From contig CATNEN010000027.1 in the NCBI GenBank assembly GCA_950097015.1, positions 620,001 through 684,000 on the forward strand: DNA of 64,000 nt, read 5' to 3'. Positions 10,051 through 21,449 of the stretch are shown here, one piece after another. This DNA comes from Macrostomum hystrix. Taxonomy: Eukaryota > Animalia > Platyhelminthes. Each line of letters opens with the position of its first letter. Position 1 is the stretch's first letter. The notes beneath the pieces were generated by a model, which worked only from the letters and a program-made list of their open reading frames with translations, searched no databases and was not told where the DNA came from. Position numbers and translations under genes: made by a program.

Positions 10051-13000
10051 TGGGTCACGTGCCTCGGCCGAGCCGCGACCCCTCCCAGGCCAACACGTTA
10101 TTACTGTTGTGTCAAATTCTCCGTTCACCCGTTTCCTTTATAGTTGACACCGGTGCTGAGCGATCGCTGCTCCCACTAAAATTCGCTCCTCAAAATCTGT
10201 TGACAACCACACATGTGAAACTCTGTAGCATCGATGGTCGAGAAATCCCGACTTTCGGCCAATGCTGCGTCACTCTTACAATTCCTGGTCTCCGTAGACC
10301 CTACCCTGCATCATTTATCGTTACCGACACTGCGCCAATTCTCGGAGCCGACTTCTTCCTCAAGTTTGGGTTCCTCATCGATCTGAACACACGACGCATA
10401 CAAGACCCAGCGACATCTCTTTACGCCAACCTCAGTCCATCGAGTGTGCAACTTCCCAAAATCAACGCCACAACTCAACTGGAACCGACCACACCACTCA
10501 AAAATTTCCCGCGATTACTGGAGGCACCGGACTACACCGCGCCACCCGCCACATCTGTGCGACACCGCATCGAGACGACAGGTGAACCTGTATTCTGTCG
10601 ACCTCGCCCATTATCCCCAGCGAAGTACGAAATCGCAAAGTTGGAATTCGACAAGCTCCTCCGCTTCGGTATCGTTCGCCCCTCGGCCAGTCCCTGGGCC
10701 TCCCCGCTTCACATGGTGAAGAAGAGGGACGGCTCCTGGCGACCATGTGGAGATTATCGAGCACTGAACGCGGCAACCAAACCAGACCGTTACCCTATTC
10801 CGAACATCAATCATTTTCACCATCGTCTACATGGAGCGAAAGTGTTCAGCACCCTTGACCTGGTTAAGGCCTACCACTTCATCCCGATTGCAGACGAAGA
10901 TGTTGAGAAAACAGCGATTTGCACGCCATTTGGTTCTTTCGAATACATTCGCATGCCATTCGGCCTGAGAAACGCCGCCAGCACATTCCAGCGATACGTA
11001 GATTCCGTCTTTAGCGACCTCCCGTTCGTAACATCTTACATCGACGACATCTTGGTACACAGCCAGTCACGCGAAGAACATCAGGCGCACATCGAAGAGG
11101 TGCTGCGACGTCTAAGCGACAAAGGCTTGGGCGTCAACTCTGAAAAGTGCCATTTCTTTCGCGATTCAGTGGAGTTTCTTGGTTACTTCGTCACTGCTGA
11201 CGGCATCCGACCGCTTCCGAACCGAGTCGAAGCACTGCGGAAACTCGAGGCTCCCACTGACATGCAATCACTACGGCGCTACCTTGGCATGTTCGGTTTT
11301 TATCAGCGGTGCATTCCTAATTATGCTGAGATCGCCACCCCGCTACGACAACTCGTCACGGCGCCATTCAATTGGACGAAGCGACACGACGATGCTTGGA
11401 AAGAACTCCAGGACAGTCTGGCGAACGCAGTCACCCTGACTTTTCCTCAAGCCAATGCCACATTCACAATCACAACCGACGCCAGCGCCACTGCCATCGG
11501 CGCAGCATTGCATCAGGTGGTAGCCGAGCAATCTTCCCCATTGGCATTCTACTCTCGCAAGCTCTCTGACACGGAAGCAGCTTACAGCACTTTTGATCGG
11601 GAACTGCTGGCTATTTTTGCTGCGGTCAAGACATGGAAATACATGATCCAAGGCCAACAAACCACCGTGTTCTGCGACCACAAGCCCATCAGCGGAGCGT
11701 TTAGAAATAAGAAAGAACGGTTTTCCGATCGACAACAACGCCAGCTATCCGTCATCACGGAGTTTGTGAGCGACATCATCCACATTTCCGGCAAGGACAA
11801 CATCGTAGCCGACACGCTATCACGACCGGTTTACCCATCCCAGAACCCGCCACCAACCACAATTCGACTGCTGTCTGACCTTCCTCAATGTGTGGACCTG
11901 CCAGCCATCGCACGAGCACAGAAGGAAAACCCGGAGGATGAACCCCAGACAGGCCGTTTCAGCAACTTCGACATTGGAATCAAGGACTTCCCACTGCGAT
12001 GCGAAATCTCGCAGACAAACCCACGTCCCGTCATCCCTAGGACTCTCCGACGCGCTGTTTTTGACTCGCTGCATGCATTCGCACATCCTGGCCGCAAAGC
12101 CACGCAACGACTCATCGTCTATCGTTTTTTCTGGCTAGGTATGGCTAACGACATCCAAAGGTGGGTAGCCGAATGTCAACAGTGCCAGCAGTGCAAGACA
12201 GGTCGTCACGTCCAACGCCCGTTGCAACAGCTTCCAGCACCCTCTCAACGCTTCACGACGGTCCATATCGATTTAGTCGGACCACTGCCACCCCCAGAGT
12301 CGACCGACGTTAGTCCCAGACCTCGCTACTTGCTCACAATGGTCGATGCATATTCACGTTGGATTGAAGCTGCCCCTCTCATTGACATCACCGCCACTTC
12401 AGTCGCGTGCGCCTTCCTAGAATCCTGGATATCTCGGTTTGGCCCACCATTGACGCTGGTGACCGATCAAGGCGCGCAGTTCCGCGCGGAGCTCATGCGA
12501 AACCTGGCGACACTGCTCGGAATCCATCACATCCGCACTTCAGCCTACAATCCGAGGGCAAATGGCATCGTCGAGCGAACCCACCGAACATTAAAGTCCG
12601 GGCTGAAAGCACGTGGCAAGAACTGGCTGCAGCAGCTACCCATCGTGCTTCTCGGAATGCGCATTTTTGCAGACGAGACAGGTGCATCGCCATTCTCCAT
12701 CGTTACCGGTGAACAACCATTAGTCCCACCTGTAGTTGCCGACACCTCCTCTGTCAAGGAACTTTCCACAAGACTGCACCAACTTTTTTTTCCGTATCGC
12801 CAACCACGAACGCGCGAGGTAAGAATTCATCTGCCAGCAGACTTGGCTGCATGCACCCACGTCTGGTTGCGACTAGATCGAGTTCGACGTCCCCTAGAAG
12901 CACCCTACCAGGGACCCTATGCAGTGCTGGAGAGACACGAAACGACATTCACATTGGAAATCAACGGCAAGCCTTCTGTAGTGTCTATCGATCGAGTGAA

Positions 13001-13169
13001 ACCAGCTACACTGCCAGCACCGGTACCAATTAGCAAAGCACCAGCAACTACTGTAACACCGGAAAACCCACCGGCAGCAAACATACGTGCTAAAACCGCT
13101 TCCCACGTTCGTTTTTCCACAGAACCATCTGTTAAACTGTTTTACGCAACTGAACCATTATTAACCTAA
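9942..13169 (+). CDS. pol: Pol (PR-RT-RNaseH-IN), in the -1 frame relative to gag
   Basis: Protease DTGA; RT YIDDIL; RNaseH TDAS...ELLAI; integrase HHCC (HAFAH...CQQC), DDE core and GPY/F motif (APYQGPY). No internal stops. Confidence 0.97.
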   Translation: MVSVAWTEADDNTRQPPTYSDSIPLKQPNADSGVKLVGHVPRPSRDPSQANTLLLLCQILRSPVSFIVDTGAERSLLPLKFAPQNLLTTTHVKLCSIDGREIPTFGQCCVTLTIPGLRRPYPASFIVTDTAPILGADFFLKFGFLIDLNTRRIQDPATSLYANLSPSSVQLPKINATTQLEPTTPLKNFPRLLEAPDYTAPPATSVRHRIETTGEPVFCRPRPLSPAKYEIAKLEFDKLLRFGIVRPSASPWASPLHMVKKRDGSWRPCGDYRALNAATKPDRYPIPNINHFHHRLHGAKVFSTLDLVKAYHFIPIADEDVEKTAICTPFGSFEYIRMPFGLRNAASTFQRYVDSVFSDLPFVTSYIDDILVHSQSREEHQAHIEEVLRRLSDKGLGVNSEKCHFFRDSVEFLGYFVTADGIRPLPNRVEALRKLEAPTDMQSLRRYLGMFGFYQRCIPNYAEIATPLRQLVTAPFNWTKRHDDAWKELQDSLANAVTLTFPQANATFTITTDASATAIGAALHQVVAEQSSPLAFYSRKLSDTEAAYSTFDRELLAIFAAVKTWKYMIQGQQTTVFCDHKPISGAFRNKKERFSDRQQRQLSVITEFVSDIIHISGKDNIVADTLSRPVYPSQNPPPTTIRLLSDLPQCVDLPAIARAQKENPEDEPQTGRFSNFDIGIKDFPLRCEISQTNPRPVIPRTLRRAVFDSLHAFAHPGRKATQRLIVYRFFWLGMANDIQRWVAECQQCQQCKTGRHVQRPLQQLPAPSQRFTTVHIDLVGPLPPPESTDVSPRPRYLLTMVDAYSRWIEAAPLIDITATSVACAFLESWISRFGPPLTLVTDQGAQFRAELMRNLATLLGIHHIRTSAYNPRANGIVERTHRTLKSGLKARGKNWLQQLPIVLLGMRIFADETGASPFSIVTGEQPLVPPVVADTSSVKELSTRLHQLFFPYRQPRTREVRIHLPADLAACTHVWLRLDRVRRPLEAPYQGPYAVLERHETTFTLEINGKPSVVSIDRVKPATLPAPVPISKAPATTVTPENPPAANIRAKTASHVRFSTEPSVKLFYATEPLLT

Positions 13170-13234
13170 CTGAAAAGCATCGTTTTCTAACTGTTTCATA
13201 GCGACAATCAAAACCTTTGCATAAACTCCGTTTT

Positions 13235-13246
13235 GGGTGGGGGGAG
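13235..13246 (+). other. Polypurine tract
   Basis: gggtggggggag, 5 nt upstream of the 3' LTR. Confidence 0.85.
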
Positions 13247-14145
13247 TATATTGTAGCAGCAAATTCACTTCTTTCTTTTAACTCTTAATATTTAAAGATT
13301 CAAATGGTACTTTTATTTCCCCCCTTACCGCTAATTTGTCTATGACCCTTGTTATCGATAGGTACAGTTGCCCGGTTAAGACTTAAATGTAACCCCACGA
13401 CAAAACTAAATAAACAAGCTCAAGCTTTTGCCGACTCTTAAATTTAACAGCAACATTTGTAGCAAGTCAGCTACAAGCCTACATGTTACCACCTGTTAGA
13501 CAGGTAGCATACCTGTTAGAATTGAAGCCTTATTGTGTGCTAAGAATTTCGTCTAATCATATATTTATTAAGTTTCGATTATGCCAGAAAAAATATTATT
13601 AAAACGACACCATGTCAAATATTCGAATGTCACTACTGTCTTTTTAATTCAGTAGTCTGAGCTGAAAATATTGTAATAATTCTCGATATATGTTTCATTT
13701 GCGGAAAAATTGTAGACCAGCACATATGAGATCGTGATAAAACTATTTTAGCACACCAACTGTGATAGTATTCACTCTGCAGGATGAAATGATTTAAACA
13801 ATAAAGTCATGTAACATTTATTTGAAACCTTGTAACTCGCACTAAGCTGAGTAACCGAATTAGAATCGTTACAACTGCAACTGGAATTTGCTTTGCTACA
13901 ACATGGCACGACGCTCAATGCAAAACTGTGCCAGGCTGTGGGTACAGAAAAGATCAATTTAGATGCTAAAGTTACATAAGTTTTCTGTTTCTCATATTTC
14001 TCATTATACAAGAGATCCTCATATTGTCGTTTGTGAGTATTCCTGCGATGTATTTTTCAATGTCGATGCATCACACTAGATAGGCTTTTGCGCACATATT
14101 TCACGAACCAACAGGTCCAATCTTCAATTCCCAAAGAACAAAAAA

Positions 14146-15085
14146 TTCCCAAAATCTGCCAATCCACCAATCCACCAATCGTCAAATTTGCCAATCCTCC
14201 AATCCTCCAATCCCCAATCATTCAATCCTCCAATCCACCAATCCTCCAATCCACCAATCCTCCAATCCTCCAATACCCAATCATTCAATCCTCCAATCCA
14301 CCAATCCCCAATCATTCAATCCTCCAATCCTCCAATCCCCAATCATTCAATCCTCCAATACCCAATCCACCAATCCTCCAATCCTCCAACCCCCAATCAC
14401 TAATCATTCAATCCTCCAATCTTCCAATCCCTAATCCATCAATCCTCCAATCCCCAGTCATTCAATCCTCCAATCCACCAATCCTCCAATCCTCCAATCC
14501 CCAATCCACCAATCCTCCAATCCTCCAATTCACCAATACTCCAATCCCCAGTCATTCAATCCTCCAATCCCCAGTCATTCAATCCTCCAATCCCCAGTCA
14601 TTCAATCCTCCAATCCCCAGTCATTCAATCCTCCAATCCCCAGTCATTCAATCCTCCAATCCACCAATCCTCCAATCCCCAATCCACCAATCCTCCAATC
14701 CTCCAATCCACCAATCCTCCAATCCCCAGTCATTCAATCCTCCAATCCACCAATCCTCCAATTCTCAATCCCCAATCCTCCAATCCTCCAATCCTCAATC
14801 CTCCAATCGTCCAATCTTCCAATCCCCAATGATTCAATCCTCGAATCCACCAATCATCCAATCCACCAATCCTCCAATGCACCAATCATCCGATCCCCCA
14901 ATCCCCAATCCCTAATCCTCCTACTATCCCCAATCCCTAATCCTCCAATGCACCAATCCTCCAATCCTCCAATCCCTAATCCCCAATCCTCCAATCCTCT
15001 AACCATCCAATCCTCCAATAATGCAATCCCCCAATCATCCAATTCCACAATCCCCCAATCCATCAGTTCACCAATTCTCCAATCA
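14146..15085. repeat. Low-complexity AATCC(T/A/C)CC-type tandem array
   Basis: Degenerate 7-8-bp units (aatcctcc, aatcccc, aatccacc). Confidence 0.95.
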
Positions 15086-15843
15086 TCCAATCAACCAATA
15101 ACCTCCTCGTCTAATTTGCATCCTCCCTCGTCTAAATTTAAATACAGATTCTTGAAAAAAACATTTTCACCTTGTTTTCCCTTTCACTTTTCGAGCTATG
15201 AAACTCTGTTTGATGTGCAAGCTCACAAGATTTCCACAACTTGTTACGCATTTTTTATAATATGAGCAAATCTCTGCTTGTCTCTCGAGGCTATAAACTG
15301 ATAGACGTCGGCAGGTCCCTGGACTGTCATGAGTCGCTTTAGGTATTGCTATTGCTATGAGACCCATGCTATCCAGCTATTTTACTGCGTTGTCGCCTGG
15401 GCCATTACTACGTCGAGTATGGCCAAGCTTATGCCATATAAGAGACGGAAAGACATTTTTGCGGGACACAGTTTTTTTAAGTTCAAGCTTTTAACCCGGA
15501 ATGTACATATTGGTGGTGGGGGAAGGGTGCAGACATTTTAAAACCCTGACCCTTTCGATCGGATGGACAGAGAGGGGCAGAGGGAGCGGAGCGTTCGCCA
15601 ACCCACCACCCCATTCCGTTCGTGCGCACACCCACCACCCCATTCCGTTCGTGTGTACATCAAACACCCACACAAAATTTTTCAGTCCACAGCATGAGAT
15701 GCATCGTCCAACCCAAGCGCCAACCCACCCTACTTGCGCCCACACGTTCTTTAAAAAAAGTATTTAAAAGCTCTTTTTCACTAGCTAAATTATTAACAGG
15801 TTGTATTGCTTTACCAATCACTTTGAATAAATTAGTAAAAATC

Positions 15844-17454
15844 ATGAAGAGTGGCACGTGGACTGCAGCATCGCAGCATCAGCAGCAGCAGCCGAACGGC
15901 TCATCGCTAACCAATCACTCTCGTAGCGGTCTCAATGCATCATTGCTATCAGCTTCACAGCAAAGCGGTGCGACTAACGGCAGCAGCAGCAACAACAAGC
16001 CGGTAAAATTTGTAATTAGTCGACCTATTCGGAGCATCATGCTGAATCCGCTGCAGGTGAAAGTGCTGGTGCCAAAGTCTGGCCGTTCTGTGGAGTATCA
16101 GCTGTCAAAGGCGACCCCGGATCCAACAGGAGCTCGACCGCTGCCCGGCGCCGAGGACCCGTCTGTGACGCAGGCGCTCAAATCGGGCCAGGAGGCGGTC
16201 TACCTGTCCATTCAGGCCCAGAAGGCTATTGACGAGCCCTGTACATTCAGCATGTCTCCGCACACTCACTTCGATCTGGTACTGCGGTTGGACACTGATT
16301 TTCTGAGAACAGCTCATCTGCTCTGCAAGGTAAAGCGCTGGTTGCTACCTTGCCTAGACTGAAGGCCCGGGGGAGGTTTGTAGAGCCTACCTTGAAGTTA
16401 CTGTGGGGAGAATCTCCCAATCTGCTGAAGTTACTGTGGGGAGAATCTCCCAATCTGCTGAAGTTACTGTGGGGAGAATCTCCCAATCTGCTGAAGTTAC
16501 TGTGGGGAGAAGCTCCCAATCTGCTGAAGTTACTGTGGGGAGAAGCTCCCAATCTGCTGAAGTTACTGTGGGGAGAAGCTCCCAATCTGCTGAAGTTACT
16601 GTGGGGAGAAGCTCCCAATCTGCTGAAGTTACTGTGGGGAGAAGCTCCCAATCTGCTGAAGTTACTGTGGGGAGAATCTCCCAATCTGCTGAAGTTACTG
16701 TGGGGAGAAGCTCCCCATATGAGGTGACTAAGTGCAGCACAGTAACTTGTGCAATCCTTAACATGCGCAGGTCGTTTATCAGAATGTCCGCGGCGAGCTC
16801 AAGGAGATGGGTCCCTACCTGCTGCACGCCATGGACCAGGTGTCCAGCTACCGCCTGGAGGAAATGAACTGCAAGGTATCAGCTAAAACTGGGCATCACC
16901 ACATCTACCTGCTGGTGCAGCTGGTCTCAGTTGACCCAGCGCCAGTCGTCAAAGTCAGCAAGCAGCCGACAGAGCAGCTGCCGCGTCTCTTGCCAACATG
17001 CGCAGTCATGCCCGACTTCACCGTCCAGTGGTCGCCGTTGGCCACCCTGCGACTCATTGGCGACTCTGGCGCCGACTCTCGCCCCGTGTACTGCGTCCCG
17101 GATATCATGGCCCTCTGCTCCGGCGCCCTTCGCGACCTCCTGCAGTCGGCTCCTAGCGCCTGTGGCGAACTGGTGCTGCAAGGGGCCGCCCACGCAGACC
17201 TGCTGATGCTGGCTCGACTCACACATCCGGGCACTACATTCGAAGTGGCGCCTGGCAATGTTCGGCAGGTCCTGCGGCTGGCTGCCAAATTCCGGGTTCC
17301 GCATCTGATGGCAACGGCTGAGCGGCTGCTCTGCCAGCTACTGCGCCTGCAGCTGGCTGGCGCCTGTTTGCCTGCCGGCCTCGGTCGGGACGAGCTCATC
17401 AACCTGGCTGCCGAGTTCGAGCTGCAGGACTTGGCGTCGGTGCTTCAGGGCTGA
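15844..17454 (+). CDS. BTB/POZ-domain protein (~389 aa), possibly with a divergent MATH-like N-terminal domain
   Basis: Exons 15844-16329 (aag|gtaaag) and 16771-17454 (gcgcag|gtc), phase 0. BTB-like PVYCVPDIMALCSGALRDLL...NVRQVLRLAAKFRVPHLMATAERLL. Confidence 0.7.
16391..16715. repeat. 33-bp intronic minisatellite (~10 copies) with an internal GGGAGA-A-TCTCCC inverted repeat
   Basis: Unit ctgaagttactgtggggagaatctcccaatctg. Confidence 0.95.
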
Positions 17455-17659
17455 CTGCTGGCTACTGTCTCGGCTGCTTTGAAACTCTGCGAGCCATTAT
17501 CTGTCCCAGTGTCTTTTAGATCCCCTGCGTAAGCCCTTATGCGTAATGCTATTCTCGCTGCTTCTGAACTTGCTTGCTCTGTATCCTTAATTGAGGCCTT
17601 TCTACCACCGAATCCTACCACTCCTCACATTTTATCTTAAAAATGATATATTTCTCTCA

Positions 17660-17965
17660 TTCTTTCCTCCCATTCTATCCCATCTACTCCCATTCTATCC
17701 CATCCACTCCCATTCTATCCCATCACCTCTCATTCTATCTCATCACCTCTCATTCTATCCCATCCTATCACCTCTCATTCTATCTCATCACCTCTCATTC
17801 TATCCCATCCCATCACCTCTCATTCTATCTCATCTCATCTCATTCTATCCCATCTACTCCCATTCTATCCCATATACTCCCATTCTATCCCATCTACTCT
17901 CATTCTATCCCATCTACTCACATTCTATCCCATCTCCTCCCATCCTATATTATCCACTCCCATTA
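17660..17965. repeat. ~20-bp pyrimidine-rich degenerate minisatellite
   Basis: cattctatcccatctactcc-type units. Confidence 0.9.
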
Positions 17966-18304
17966 TTTCCCATCTCCTCTTTTTGCTCTTCCTCCCAGAT
18001 TCTTACCCTCATTCCCAGCTGTTTGAATCATTTTATTTTCAGTTTTACTTATTAAATACTTGTGTAGGCATCCTCGAACAACACTGGAACTGGCATTGTG
18101 AAAGTACTGTTTCTTTTGTCGTCTTTCGTTGCACTTTTAGTTCGTAGTTTTATAGATTTTTTAATTCGTTTCTTAGAGCTGAATTTTGATTGCATATTGA
18201 GTATTTTAATTTTTAATAGAGCCGTATTGACTTGTCAGATATCACCGCATTGTCCGATTTCCCATCATCGTCAAACTCCAGAAATCACCGAATTTTCCGA
18301 AATC

Positions 18305-19765
18305 GCTGAATTCCCGAAATCATCAAACTCCCAAAGAGAATCGAATTCCCGAAATCATCAAACTCCCAAAGAGAATCGAATTCCCGGAATCATCAAACTC
18401 CCAAAGAGAATCGAATTCCCGGAATCATCAAACTCCCAAAGAGAATCGAATTCCCGGAATCATCAAACTCCCAAAGAGAATCGAATTCCCGGAATCATCA
18501 AACTCCCAAAGAGAATCGAATTCCCGAAATCATCAAACTCCCAAAGAGAATCGAATTCCCGAAATCATCAAACTCCCAAAGAGAGTCGAATTCCCGAAAT
18601 CATCAAACTCCCAAAGATAGTCGAATTCCCGAAATCATCAAACTCCTAAAGATAGTCGAATTCCCGAAATCATCAAACTCCCAAAGATAGTCGAATTCCC
18701 GAAATCATCAAACTCCCAAAGATAGTCGAATTCCCGAAATCATCAAACTCCCAAAGATAGTCGAATTCCCGAAATCATCAAACTCCCAAAGAGAGTCGAA
18801 TTCCCGGAATCATCAAACTCCCAAAGAGAATCGAATTCCCGAAATCATCAAACTCCCAAAGAGAATCGAATTCCCGAAATCATCAAACTCCCAAAGAGAA
18901 TCGAATTCCCGGAATCATCAAACTCCCAAAGAGAGTCGAATTCCCGAAATCATCAAACTCCCAAAGAGAATCGAATTCCCGAAATCATCAAACTCCCAAA
19001 GAGAATCGAATTCCCGAAATCATCAAACTCCCAAAGAGAATCGAATTCCCGAAATCATCAAACTCCCAAAGAGAATCGAATTCCCGAAATCATCAAACTC
19101 CCAAAGAGAATCGAATTCCCGAAATCATCAAACTCCCAAAGAGAATCGAATTCCCGAAATCATCAAACTCCCAAAGATAGTCGAATTCCCGAAATCATCA
19201 AACTCCCAAAGAGAATCGAATTCCCGGAATCATCAAACTCCCAAAGAGAATCGAATTCCCGAAATCATCAAACTCCCAAAGAGAATCGAATTCCCGAAAT
19301 CATCAAACTCCCAAAGAGAGTCGAATTCCCGAAATCATCAAACTCCCAAAGAGAATCGAATTCCCGAAATCATCAAACTCCCAAAGAGAATCGAATTCCC
19401 GAAATCATCAAACTCCCAAAGAGAATCGAATTCCCGGAATCATCAAACTCCCAAAGAGAATCGAATTCCCGAAATCATAAAACTTCCAAAGAGAATCGAA
19501 TTCCCGGAATCATCAAACTCCCAAAGAGAATCGAATTCCCGAAATCATCAAGCTCCCAAAGAGAATCGAATTCCCGAAATCATCAAACTCCCAAAGAGAA
19601 TCGAATTCCCGAAATCATCAAACTCCCAAAGAGAATCGAATTCCCGAAATCATCAAACTCCCTAAGAGAATCGAATTCCCGAAATCATCAAACTCCCAAA
19701 GAGAATCGAATTCCCGAAATCATCAAACTCCCAAAGAGAATCGAATTCCCGAAATCATCAAACTC
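18305..19765. repeat. 35-bp minisatellite (~42 copies)
   Basis: Unit ttcccgaaatcatcaaactcccaaagagaatcgaa. Confidence 0.97.
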
Positions 19766-20604
19766 CTTGAAAATCAAGGAGTTCCGAAATCGTTAAATTC
19801 CCAAAATCGTCACCAAATCACACTGATCCCTGAGGTTTTGGGATGTATTTTTTTGCAAATGATGAAATCTTTTCATTTCTCTTGAATAACTGCATTCTGG
19901 CAAGCAGCTTAATTTTGCAGCTTTTATTGGTAACTTTTGCATAATATTTTTACATTACTTGGTAAATGAAACGAGATATGTTACTTGTACGTATTTTCGT
20001 AGTTTCCATTTCAGCGATAAAAATTTCATTCAATTTCAGACTTTTAACATTGATTGTAGTTCTCCTAAGCATTTCGCGCTCAGCTGATAAACTTAACAAT
20101 ATTACGCTTGGCTAGTTTTAATTGGTTTTATTGCACACGCTTTCATTAACAAATTTTTTTTATTTGCAAAATATCAATTAACAAATAAGGCGCATATATT
20201 CTAGCTCTGACTAGTTTCATCTGGATTCCCCTTATCTATATAATAATTATGCACTGCAATTCATTGCCATAGTTATAATACCACTAGTAACAAAAATACA
20301 ACTCCCAGACACGCAATTGACGCATTATTTGCACAATGAGACCGTGGGAACGAGTATTCGACAGTGCAGTAAGCACTTTTGTAAGTGTGCTTATTCAAAG
20401 AATTGTGTTGAAACAGTCGATTACGCATGAATAGGGTCAAAAGTCTCTGATCTGAAATAGTTTTTCGTAATTCCTTATCTTTGCTTACTTAGGAACAACT
20501 GCGCACTTTTCACTCTACTTGCAGTAGAAATATGCGAGACGAAGCTAAAAATTGTATAAGATATTGTATTCCAAATTAAACTTTGTATAGTATCTTAAAT
20601 CTTT

Positions 20605-21425
20605 CAGTCTCACCTAGTCTCATCTAGTCTAATCTAGAGTCTAATAGAGCATCATCTATTCTTATCTAGAGCCTCATCTAGAGTCTCATCTAGTTATATC
20701 TAAAGCATCAAATAGTCTCATCTAGTCTTATCTAGAGCCTCATCTAGACTTATCTAGAGCCTCATCTAGACTTATCTAGAGCCTCATCTAGTCTTATCTA
20801 GAGCCTCATCTAGACTTATCTAGAGCCTCACCTAGTCTTATCTAGAGCCTCATCTAGACTTATCTAGAGCCTCATCTAGTCTTATCTAGAGCCTCACCTA
20901 GTCTTATCTAGAGCCTCATCTAGTCTTATCTAGAGCCTCATCTAGTCTTATCTAGAGCCTCATCTAGTCTTATCTAGAGCCTCATCTAGTCTTATCTAGA
21001 GCCTCATCTAGTCTTATCTAGAGCCTCATCTAGTCTTATCTAGAGCCTCATCTAATCTCATCTAGTCTTATCTAGAGCCTCATCTAATCTCATCTAGTCT
21101 TATCTAGAGCCTCATCTAATCTCATCTAGTCTTATCTAGAGCCTCATCTAGACTCATCTAGTCTTATCTAGAGCCTCATCTAGACTCATCTAGTCTTATC
21201 TAGTCTTATCTAGAGCCTCATCTAGTCTTATCTAGAGCCTCATCTAGTCTTATCTAGAGCCTCGTCTAGACTCATCTAGTCTTATCTAGTCTTATCTAGA
21301 GCCTCATCTAGTCTTATCTAGAGCCTCATCTAGTCTTATCTAGAGCCTCATCTAGTCTTATCTAGAGCCTCGTCTAGTCTTATCTAGAGCCTCGTCTAGT
21401 CTTATCTAGAGCCTCTTCTAGTCTC
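20605..21425. repeat. 22-bp minisatellite (tcatctagtcttatctagagcc)
   Basis: Period 22, each unit containing TCTAGA. Lies directly 3' of the ENaC gene. Confidence 0.95.
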
Positions 21426-21449
21426 ACCATGTCTTTTCTACAGTACCAT

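Larger units (their letters stand above)
8948..13475 (+). mobile_element. Full-length Ty3/gypsy LTR retrotransposon, CsRn1/Kabuki/Boudicca-type (4528 bp)
   Basis: 224-bp LTRs at 8948-9171 and 13252-13475 (TGTAGC...GCTACA), identical by eye. 4-bp TSD AGCC (8944-8947, 13476-13479). PBS, PPT, intact gag and pol. Confidence 0.97.

Noticed and set aside
14088-14915. 275-aa Ser/Pro/Asn ORF, plus the ORFs at 39014-40288, 59591-60643, 61120-62283, 55916-56665, 18098-18649 and 44017-44558
   Set aside because: All are stop-free readings of non-coding minisatellites within introns or gene gaps, mostly with non-ATG starts and no domain content.
15329-15541. Small ORF or ncRNA upstream of the BTB gene; search for an SL RNA or snRNA gene
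   Set aside because: No recognisable motif, structure or SL/Sm-site sequence was identified here or elsewhere in the window.
16391-16715. CRISPR-like array (33-bp units with hairpins); similarly the 35-bp and 96-bp repeats
   Set aside because: Units are head-to-tail with no unique spacers, lie in introns or coding exons of a eukaryote, and have no cas genes nearby.
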